In this document: in pieces, positions 46,201 to 58,200 of the stretch
Numbering within the stretch: the stretch's first letter is position 1
Layout: every line of letters begins with the position of its first letter
Origin: Bugula neritina
Lineage: Eukaryota; Animalia; Bryozoa
Length of the DNA stretch: 64,000 nucleotides
Assembly: GCA_964035545.1 (NCBI GenBank)
Contig: OZ037769.1
Location: forward strand, 4,445,929-4,509,928
Direction of reading: 5' to 3'
Notes under the pieces: generated by a model
What the model was told of the DNA's origin: nothing
Database searches by the model: none
Seen by the model: the letters and a program-made list of their open reading frames with translations, nothing else
Made by a program: the position numbers and the translations under genes

Positions 46201-49200
46201 GCAAAATTTATTCTTACTATTGTAGATTATTTTTCATTATAATATTATAAAACCCTGTATAGGTAAGAGTAACTATGAAGTATTATGATGAATGCTGCAA
46301 ATACTTGGATGTATTCAAAATGAAGAAAGTTTAAAGTTGAAACATAATAATTTTATTTTTTCAGTTAAATATATATTCAGCCTACCTTGTTGCTTTGAGT
46401 TGAGAATAGAAGCTAAATCATAACCACTGCCCATAGCCCTGCATTCAGCTTGAGCATCTGTCCAATTCTTTGGAGTTGTTTCTCCAAAAAGCCCAAAACA
46501 TTTATTGTCTAAAAGGCAATTACTAAAACATGACTCATGTCACACGGCAAATCAAAAGTCAGAGAGCAAAAAGTTCAATGCACGGCCTTTCAAAAACTAC
46601 ACTTTTGCAAAAAATAGCAGTAAATGTTAGAATCAATCTGTAGAAGGTAAACTTACCAAAGGAAGTAAAACCGTGCGGACAATACCCTAGTCCAGGTTCT
46701 GGAGTGGTTGTGGGAGGATACGTGACCCCATTTACTGGGCGCTGACATATGTGCCCCCTACTTTGCATGGCACAGTTAAAATCATTCCAGAAACCTGCAA
46801 AAGCATAAGCATTAAATATTATCTAAATAAAACAAAATCAATCAAATTGATCACAAGTATTGCTGTTTATGACTGGTGGGAAAAATCTAATAATAAAAAT
46901 ATCAAAGTTAAAAGTTGTTTATAATTTTTAACATTAATTTCTATCATTTTTGAGTTAACAAAATCATAATAGACAACTTTATAGAGAGCAGCCTTGGTCT
47001 AGGGGTTGGAGCGTTTGCTTAGTAAACACAAAGTCATGGGTTTGGGGTTTTACTGGGTTAGAACCCCAGTAAAACTATTGGTGATGTTAGGAAGTGCATC
47101 TAGTCATAATTGCTCCTGTGTCACATATGAATAAGTCCTTAGCCCACATTAAAATACCCTTTTCATCAGGGATTCTTACAGAGATAGTAACTATAAACTT
47201 GCGTGAGTTTTTTTATAATAGACCGTGTTTTATAAATAAACTTGGCTAAGTAAGAGGGGTGGCATGCAGGGTGTACCTTGTTCATTACTAATCTGAGCAC
47301 ACATCTCAGCATTACCACTACCAGTAGGTTCACTTTTTGCCCACAGAACATAATAAAAGGGAGCTCCGTTAACCCACCTGTTGAGTAAACAAACAACCAG
47401 ATTAGAAACTAAGGCTATTACCGCTATCATGATACATCTGGACACAATTCTCAGCTCCACCATGTTTAGAAGGTTCTCCCTCGTACCAAGGAGCAAAGTC
47501 TACAGCTGAGCCGTCAACCCAACTAAAATACACGGCATCATGCTATTAACAGCATTGCTGCCGAGTCGCATAAAGTTGAGTAAAACGCTGCCTATAGAAA
47601 ATTAGTAAAATGCTGCCAACAGCAGTTGGGTAAAGGCAGCCAGAAGAGCATAAACTCATTCCCTAAAGTATTTCAACATCAAATAATGTCATAGAATACT
47701 CTAATTAGCACCACGAAAACAACTTACCCCCAGTCTTTACCACCATACTGTGTTAGTCCGATAGACCAATGTCTTTGGCTAGTCTTGGTTATCTACGAAA
47801 TAGCAAGTTTAATGAAAATGCAATTCAAACTCAGTAAAAACATGTAAATATTTTTTGCTAGTAATAGACAGAGAAAGTATATGTCACCCAGTTTTACGAC
47901 AGGTCCAGCTTAACTCTGCCTCATATTACAGACTGAGTGTTTGGGTTGTCTGCTCCCATGCACCACTTTGTTACACAAGTATAATTCTATTTTTTTACAT
48001 AGTCCAATTATCTATGCTACATTCAAAATTGAAACAACTACATGTATGTTTTAATGTGTGTTAGTATGTGCGTGTGCGTGCGTGAATGCCAGTGTGTGTG
48101 TGTGTATGCGAGCGTGTGTGTGCGAGTGCGCCTGTAAGCATATATAGCCCAAACTATCTCACTATAGCCTTAGAATACAACACCTGTGAGGTAATAAAAG
48201 CATTCTCCTCCTTTGTATGAATCACCACGAGATGCGAGTTTTCATTCTCACAGTCTTTCTTTGCTTCATGCCAGGACAGATACTCCTGTCTGAACTTGTA
48301 GCAGTTGCCAGTGAACTGCAACCAACCAGGATCACATTTACCTGCAAAAGTCACTTGAAATGCAATGTCACACACACTATCAGCAGCACAAAATAACATC
48401 TTGCAACAAATGCCTTGTATATGTACAGATGCCAAGACTTTGCTGTGCAAATGTAGTAGCTAATTCAGAGTGATACATATAGACTGAGTTCCTTACCTTG
48501 TACGCCTGGAATTCTGCTAGGTGTAGGAAGTGTAGTAGTAGGCATCAGTGTGGCTGTCAAGGTGCCTAAAATAATTATTGCAGTCTTACCAAACCCTATC
48601 AACAGCATTATAAAGTGATTTAAACAAGCCATACAAAAAAATTTTTCACAATGTATGTAACACGAAAATCTAGATGAAGTTGGGTTTGTATAAACAGCTG
48701 AAAGTTCAACAGAGCCTCTTTTTGAAATTAATCTTATATTTGATGCTATGGTAGAATCCGCTAACCTGCAGGAACCTGACAGACATAGTCATGACTCGTG
48801 GGGCAGTACTTGTCATTCCATGTCATTGTGACAGGCCCTCTAAACTCAGTCTTAATATTAGCCACAACACAGTTCTCCAACATCCTGTTATCATTAGGTT
48901 CATCTTCATTCCAAGCCACCATGTCAAGGTTACTACCATCTGACCATTGATATCCTACAAGTTACATAATCTCCTGGTGGTAATTTCATATCAAAAATAT
49001 TACAAGAACTTTGAAAAAACTGAACAAAAACTTTCAACACATCCTTGTAGATCAGTTAAATGTTTTCTATTGATTTATATTAGTTGTCCGTCTATATGTA
49101 GGTAAACTATTAGAAATAAAAACTCTGAGTAAACTTTACCAAGTGGAAACTACATAATACAGGAGCAGCCTTGGTCTAAGGGTTAGAGCGATTGGCGTAG

Positions 49201-52200
49201 CAAACCTGCGAATATGGGTCCGAACCCCATTAAAGGCAATTGGTGATGTTAGGAAGAGCACCCAGTCATAATTGCTCCTGTGCCTCACCTGAATAAGTCT
49301 TTAGCCCCATTTAACAAAAAACCCTTTACATAACAGGTTTCTCACAAGGATGGTGACTATAAACTTGCGTGAGGTTTTTATGTAATACTTTTCAGCTATA
49401 AAACAGACTGCTGGTTAGAGATAACTATAATGAGGTCATAGTATGAGTTAGATGCATTAATTAGTGCTTAAAACAATTCAGGAAATAGAAAAAAATAATT
49501 TGAAAAACATATCATTTTTTAAAATTTTGCTTTTTACTTTTTAATGCGTTAATTATTAATTTTTTCTCTTAAAAATAAAAAATAATAGAATTGAATTTTA
49601 TCTTAACAAAATTTTAGTTTTTCACTGTGACACTGTGTGTAGAGAACAGCTAGGGAGTCATAGAGAACAGCTAGGGAGTCACAGAGAACAGCAAGGGAGT
49701 CATAGAGAACAGCTAGGGAGTCATAGAGAACAGCTAGTGAGTCATGAAGAACAGCTAGGGAGTCACAGAGAACAGCTAGGGAGTCATGAAGAACAGCCAG
49801 GGAATCACAGAGAACAGCTAGGTAGTCATGAAGAACAGTTAGGGAGTCATAGAGAACAGCTAGTGAGTCATGAAGAACAGCTAGGGAGTCATAGAGAACA
49901 GCTAGGGAATCATGAAGAACAGCCAGGGAGTCACAGAGAACAGCAAGGGAGTCATAGAGAACAGCTAGGGAGTCACAGAGAACAGCTAGGGAGTCACAAA
50001 GAACAGCTAGGGAGTCACAGGGAACAGCTAGGGAGTCATAGAGAACAGCTAGTGATTATACAGGTAGAAGCAGACCTTTAGAACGATCCAGAATATTGAC
50101 TCCAATCCAGTACTCAGATTCCATAACTTGTCCAAATTGGTTTCTAAAAATAACGAGGCATAAAATACTCATTTTTCAGTTTACATATCATCTATGATTC
50201 CCATTCTAAAACCAACTACATATATATAAAATAACAAATAAAGAGGTATATACAAAAAACTATAGCTAGAGCCTAAGTTGAGATTTCAAAGGATTTGAAG
50301 TTTCATATGATGAGAAATAGGCTCTGAACAAGTTCAGGTTAATAAAATCTTTAGTCTATAGAGTGCTTCTGATAAATAGATAGCACAAATATACAACTGC
50401 ATAAACATGGTTATTATTTGTAGCATACAGACTTATTTTCTAGAATAATTAAATATCGCAGAAAAAGCTCGCTAAACCCGACCAACGAAACTAAAACTCA
50501 CGTGAAAATTTTTCTTATATCATCTCCTGCTGCAAACTTGGCATGGATGCTGGCAAGGTCACCCCCGAGAGCTCTACAGTGATCTCTAGCCTCATACCAC
50601 GACTTCTTCTCCGGTCGGCGCCAACTTTGAAATGCCTAGAAGAAAATTGTATGTACTATTGTGTGTGCTTAGAAAATTGCTACACTCTTTTTAATAGCTG
50701 GAGTGTCTACACTAAGCTAAGAATTGCACAAAGTATATAGCGAAAGCACTGAAGCCAATATAACCAGTACAATTTTTGCAATGAATACAATATAACCTTA
50801 AAATACAGAAAAATTATCACTTTTGCAAAAATTATCTTCAAAATTACTGTTAATCAACTTAAGTTGATGGCCAAGATTTAATGATAAACTCTTATGAAGT
50901 CCTGTTTACATAATATAATCAGTAGCTAACCGATACATAGTAATACTACATGCTGATAAGCCCCACACATACCAACTTATTTCATAAACTATGAATATTT
51001 TATACAGCATAGCTGATTGGCTGACTGTTATATTTAGTAAATGTTTCAAGATTCACCTCAGTTAGTGATTAGCATTGACTTTACCAAGAACAACACTACG
51101 ATCCAAATAAAAATATACAGCATTTTGTCTCTACCCACCTTATAACATTTGTCGCCAACTAGATTCCACTTGTCAGGGCAGTCTGTCTGTTTGACCTTCG
51201 GCTCAGGTACATAATCTATCCTGTAGGACTTGCAGAGAAACGGCATTCGAGTTGTACAGTCATCATCATACAGCTCGCCGGTACTGGCTTTGATATAAGT
51301 ACAGCTGTCATGTTCATTACCTGTAAGACACACACAAACACCTGTCAGCATCTGCTAGCCAGTGAGCTCTTCTGTTATCATTTATTGTTATATATGCTCT
51401 TTGATTATTACCTACTATTAGTTATGATCTTTGGTTATCATCTACGAAGCATTATGATCTTTTAACATTATTTAATAATACTGGTAACTATTTATTAATA
51501 TGCATATTTTATGGTTAACATTTTTTAATATACATATATGTGCTTTTTAGTTCTGATTTATTAACCTTTGTGATCTTTGAGCATAATTTAATATGTATAC
51601 TCATTAGTTATCCTTTATTAATATATGTAATAGTTGGTTATCATTTACTAACCTGTATGCTCTTTGTTCCAAGGAGGTAAATATTGTGATGGGTATACAG
51701 GTTTACCCTCTGTAAGATGTGTGCCATTTTCATTCTTGTAGTTCAACCAGAAGGTCAGGGAATGTCCCGCCCCTTTGTAAATGTCAAGGACATATGCTGC
51801 TTCCTCCCTAAGTATATACAGCAGTTTATTAACCCTACATGACTAGCAAATGACAGCCGAGAATTAGAGGTTTAATACTTTAGAGAATATTATATAGAAA
51901 ACAATATATATTTGTATAATAAATTATATTTAATACACTCTCTAAACAGTATATAATATAATTTTATCATGTTCTATCACAAATTAGAAAACTTTCCAGA
52001 CTTCAATAATACTGCTAAGGCAAGACACACAATAAATTAACAGAAACATAACTGCAGCGAGGTTTACGGTTTATCAAGTGACATTTGATAAACATGCTTC
52101 TCGTGAAAACAATTTAGAATTACGAAATGAGCTTTGATGAGGCTTGTCTACTCGCTCAAAGTAAAAGATTTTCTCATTCTAAAGTACATCATAGTAGTTC

Positions 52201-55200
52201 TCAGGTTTCAAAGCACTTACGTTGAATCTATCCAAGCGAGTCTCATATTATTTATCTCGCAGGATCTCTTGGCAGTTTCCCAGTTGAAATGGGAGAAAGC
52301 AGTCAAGTAACAGCTGGAGTCAGTCATCCGGTTCTACCAATCAAATCAGACACTAGAGAAGCACTCAAATAGAAAATTAAATACATCAACATAAAAAATA
52401 ACATGTAAGAAATAAGTGAATAATAATTCAATTTCAGTTTGACTTAATACATAAGAAACAGCAATATTTATAGCAGAGTGGACAGCAACGTGTCATTTGA
52501 TAACAAATTGAAATTATGAATTGTCCACCTTAAATGCTTTATTTACAAGTGCTTCAAAAATGTTAAAACAGATTTGAATGTTTATTTTATTGCAACCTAT
52601 GGTTATTTTTCAGATATCAGTAGATTTACAGTAGAATAGTCCCGGATAAAGTAATGAAAAAACTAAGACAAAAATTGATTCTTTCTTTTATAAAATTGAC
52701 AGAGAGATTTTAATTTCAACATCACAACACTAAAACAATAGGTTATATATACACTGATAAATTTCAATACCACTGCCATATTTACTCTATCTTTGATTTA
52801 GCATTGTTATTAGAACAGTTTAAGATTTGAAAGTAAGAAACATGCCGAGAGGGTTGCAGGAAATGTCGAGTATCATACTTACAGCCATTGAGGGGCACAC
52901 TTTAGACATGTCGACATCTTTAGGTTTACCCAGAACAGGTGAAGTCTTGCAGATGAATCCGTCAGCTAGATTATCACACTGCGTTACTTCCCACTGCCCT
53001 TTCTGCAATACACAAAGTAAAGTCATTCACTTTCAATTAGAAATTCAATAATTAGATTCAGCAAACAACTGTAGCTCAATATTTTTTTTGAAATACAAAA
53101 CAGAAATTAGAATAATCCATTTGTATACATAATTAAATTAAAATTAAACTAAATTAAATTTCATTCATGATTATTGCTCATAAATAATTGTAATATGAAC
53201 TGTAAAATATTTGCTCCCACTGGGGTTCGAACCACAGACCTCCGGTCTTGCAAGCTGGCACACTAACCATCACACCACATGGGCCACTATGTAGACTCAA
53301 CACTACATCAACATTAGACAAAACCCCAAGTCATGACACAAAACCACATGTTACTGTAACATTATATTTACCAGTGATGTCATAACAACACAGTTGGTTA
53401 TGCCATAGACGTCTGCAGGTTGATGCTCTGCCCAGTCTACGAAGGTAACCGGTGTCCCGTCCTGCCACTTAAACTCCCCGTCATTATCTCTGTCCTCCAG
53501 CCCTATCCACCATCTTGGAATTGCTGAATATCCTTCAATGAGATAGTTTACAGCTAATTTATTTGAAAGTAGAGCCACTATCATAATGGCTAGTGATTTC
53601 TTTCTGGTGTTACTTAATCGTAAAACACCACTACGAATCAGAATAAGTGTGGACAACTCCTAACTGTTGGAGCTTCAAATAAATCTAATTGATTTACATA
53701 AATTACTTCAGCTGTTGGTTGATGGCTGAAAAATAATGTTTTAAAGTGGAAAATTTTTACAATAATAAACGAGATTTCCATAATTTTTATCTCAACAGTA
53801 ACAGCTAGTTGGTAATTCTTAAAAGAAATATTTTATTTAATAAATTATAATAGCAACTGATTAAGTCTACACAAAACAGTTATACTAAGTTGCCCATACA
53901 ATTACACAGACAACTATTCTTATCAGCTGGTCACACTCTAAATTATGACTCACCTTTCATTACCCAACCTCTCTGCATTTCATTGATGTCTTCAAGTCTG
54001 CTGCTTACGCTAGCAAGAAAAGCATTGTCCTCTCTGCATTTATCAGTAGCACCTTTCTGAGTGACGGACTCATTGTAAAACTTGTAGCAGTTTGACCCAA
54101 TCAGATCGTAACCATCTAAACAGATTTTCTTCATTCCTACATCAGAGTGAAGAGACGGAGTAACCCACCAATCAGATAACAAGTAGAGAAGCAGACGACA
54201 ACTGATAAGAAGGGTTAAATAACTACATACCGGGTGGTAAAGTTGTAGTAGGAGGAGCTGTCTTTGGAGTAGTCGTCAACTGGTTGTCAACTGGAAGAAC
54301 AGAAATTGACAGAATTTACTAGAAAGCTGATCAATTAATAAGTTGAGTAAAAAACCTGCCTAATTATTACATAACATAAGCATAAGCAGCCGTGGTCTAG
54401 TGGTTAGAGCACGTGGCTTATTAAACACAAAGTCATGGGTTCGAATCCCAGTTAAGGCCATTGGTGATGTTAGAAAGAGCATCCAATCATAGTTGCTCCT
54501 GTGCCCAATCTGAATAAGTCCTTAGCCTGCATTAAAAACCTTTTCAATCAGGTTTTCTCGAAAGGATAGCGACTATAAACTTGAGTGAGTTTTTTTTATA
54601 ATAGACTGTGTTTTATAAACAAACTTGACAAAGTAAGAAGGGTGGCATGCAGCGTGTACCTTGTTCATTACTAATCTGAAAGTTTATAAGCACAGCTTCT
54701 CAAGTGTTTGATGCATACAAAACTTAACTCAACTCTTAGCATTAAAAAGAGAAAGCTAGATCCGGCCCTGCTTGCCTTCTGCAGAAACTTACCAGACGGT
54801 TTCTTACAGATATACGGCTTCTTTACATCACACTCGTCTGTTATCCACGTCTTGCTCTCTAATCTCATGGCCATACATCTGTTCAGCTTAGTTGAGTGTC
54901 TAGTGAGACCATCCCAGTTCATGTAACTGAACGGGGTGCCGTCTAACCACGCCCATGCTGAGGAGGAAGTCTTGTCACTACCTCCAATCCAAAGAGCCAG
55001 GCCCGCCAAACGGTGCGGCACGTATTCTATACGAACCAACAAGCACAAAATATAGCCTTAAATAACAAACCAACAAATTCGGAAAATATAGCAAAAGCCT
55101 GAACTAACCGAAAACTGTAATTTTATTCACAAAACTCTTAGCAGTCAAGATACACTGTCTAGTTTAGATAAATCTCCATAATATCATGTTATGAAAAACA

Positions 55201-58200
55201 AGTAATAACATTCGCTATCAAATGGTGTGTTGGCATTATTTGCGAAACTGGAAAACTTACTTTGCACAGTAGTCTGTTCATAAGGGGAGGCAATGCTAAC
55301 CAAATTACCACCCTTCCTTCTACAATCATCTTGGGCTTCAGACCACACTCTATGTTCCTCGTTCAGCTCATAGCAAAACCCATCAACACATTCCGGAACC
55401 AAGGCTAACAACACAGTGTCAGTCAAAAATTAAACTATTATATACATTTGGTTTTGTAATTGCGTCATGTTATTTACATGCATACAGCAGAGTGCATTTA
55501 TTTAATAAAATATAAGCTTCTCTATGACTACATGATACCAATATTCTCTTTAAAATAAATAGCATTTACTTTTACACATTAGGTCAGATATTTTTGCAAC
55601 TGTCAATCAAAAATTGTGAAATAAATACATGATAAAGAGTGATGTGTCACTTTTCTATATTTAATTTGTATCAATAACACTATATTCTGCATTGGAATAA
55701 GCAATAGAAACATTAGATATGCTTACGTCGTGAAGGAGGGGTGGTTTTTCTAACAGTTCCCAGTTTTTCACAGATATAACCAAATTTAGAATCACACACT
55801 CCCGCACTCCATTGGCCCTTGTTTCTCCCGGGAGTACCCATCATAAACGCACAGTTTCTACCTGCAAGACGTCATACTTTGTTTAAAAACAGCCATTGCA
55901 ACACCAAGTTGGCGTTAACTTTAGAATACATACTTATAAGACATAAAACAGTAACTGAAACCTAGCAGTGCATTTTATGAAACTTATTAATATAAGTAAG
56001 AATTTCAGGTGAAATTTATATTCGAATTACCCTCAATATTTAGTTATAAACCATAATAGCATATAATCTAATATCCACTAAAAGAGACGCAGATAATTAA
56101 AGCAGTTGATGAAATATTATTCTCTCCATTAGCACAATCTTAAATGGACTATGATTATTACTAGTGTTATATGTTCAACTGTAGCTCTAAAGTCTAATCA
56201 GTACACTCAATGTTAGCACTACAATCACAGCGGGCATCAAAATGGAGAAAAGTTATAAAAACAGTTTCAATCTTCCATTGCTCACTTTGATGGGCATGAT
56301 GTGTGGAGCTCCGCATGAAGTTTCTATAATCTACAGGTTCTCCCAAATCCTCCCATCTCCATACTGAACTGTGGCCGGAACTACGAAGGCCAATCCAATA
56401 GATTACACTGGTGTGGGCTGAAAATACATGATACTATATATTATGCTCTGACGTATTCTACAATTATTTACTATATTATACATACTACATTGTTATTTAA
56501 TGCGTACTAATAAACAGGCTGTAAATTATTGGCTTTGTGGGACACTTAAAAAAATCATTTATTATTAGTTATCCGGTAATTAGGTAGAATATATAGTTTG
56601 TGAAATGTAGTATATAAAACATAAGACCTTTATCTGGCACCAATATCATTAGCCTCCAAAAGTATTATGAATGAACCAATAAAACTATTTTGCAAAAAGG
56701 ATGCCAGTTTTGAGCTTGCAAAATATTAGGATCTAAAATTATAACTTCTCAAAATTAAATGTTTGCAAAACTCATTAATTGCTTTAAAACTATTCTATTG
56801 CAAATTAATTTTTTGAAAGTATTTGAGTAAATACTGAAAATATTTTAGCATCAATTTAACTGCTTACATAGTATGTAAGCAGTTAAATTGATGCTAAAAT
56901 TCTTGTATTGAATATATTATATTTAATACAACAAACATCAATGCCAAAATAATTCCTCATTTGTCGAAAATGAGAGAGTTAATGCTGCATGAGCAAAAAT
57001 TCATTGCATTTCTATATCAACCAGCAAGTTTAAGAATACCGTTGAGAAAGGCTTGCTCCTGGCTGTCTGAAATGGACACAAGCTTAGCTCCATCGTCCCG
57101 GCACGCTTTCTGTGCATCAGACCAACTCTTCTCATTGTCGGAGACCATCTTGTAACAATGCCCCTTGTACTGGAAGTGGTCATACTCACAGAACGTGTCC
57201 ACTGAAAATACTTGCTCAGTAATCACACAGATAAGTCGAAATGATAATTTTTCTGGCCTCTGTTAGCGATTACTGAATATCAAAGTGAGCCACTTCCTGT
57301 TATATAACTTTCTCAGTTTCTCGCCCTTTCTCATTGTATTAAATTTAGTCTTTATATGGGAATATAATTATTTAAGCAAGATGTCTTTATTAAACATTAT
57401 ATCACATGCAAATGTGTAGCAAACATGCTTATCAAAAACATTCTTTCAATCCTGCAGCAACTAAAGCTATTGTCAGGTGATACGTCTGCAGATAACACTC
57501 TCACCTGGAGGATGTTTATACTCAATAGTTGAGTCATCTGCTGCAGATTCGCACAAGAAAGAATATCTGTGGCCGCAGTTATCAGAGACGGTCATGTTAC
57601 CATCTCCGTCTGTAAACATAAACACATCGCCATGACAACCAGCAAGACTAGTGTATTGTAATGAATATAAACTATTATACCTTCTATCTTGTGACTTGAA
57701 TTTAAGCCTAAATGATATAATCATTCATATCCCACCATTCACATCAAGCAATAAAGGTTAAAGGTGTCCAAGCTTACCAAATAGAATTATTTAACAAGAT
57801 ATAAAGATTGGATTGTTAAGCTTCCAGCTATGTTGCCATTTTATATGCAAATACATACACTGTGTTTCCATCACTCACATTATGCGAATGAATTTTTTTC
57901 ATTCAGTGTTTGGAAACAGTTGCATCAAATGAAACGACAACTCTAAGTGCATGCAAACCGCAACCACAAATTCATCCATATGAGCATCCATTCACATAAT
58001 GCACAGTCATGGAAACGTAGTAATAAAAGATAACAAAAAAATTAATACTTTATTAAAGAGTCTCTGACGCAATTCATTTTCACAATATTAAAACATTTAT
58101 CGGCAGACTTTTTGAAGGCTTCATGCTCCAAAAATAATATTCTATAATAGATTTTGCACTCATACTAATGATGCTAGCGTTTGGCTCTAGCGTCTGTAAT

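Noticed and set aside
49635-50081. 148-aa ORF of EQLGSHR heptads (looks coiled-coil)
   Set aside because: Translation of a 21-bp minisatellite antisense within an intron; no ATG start or splice support
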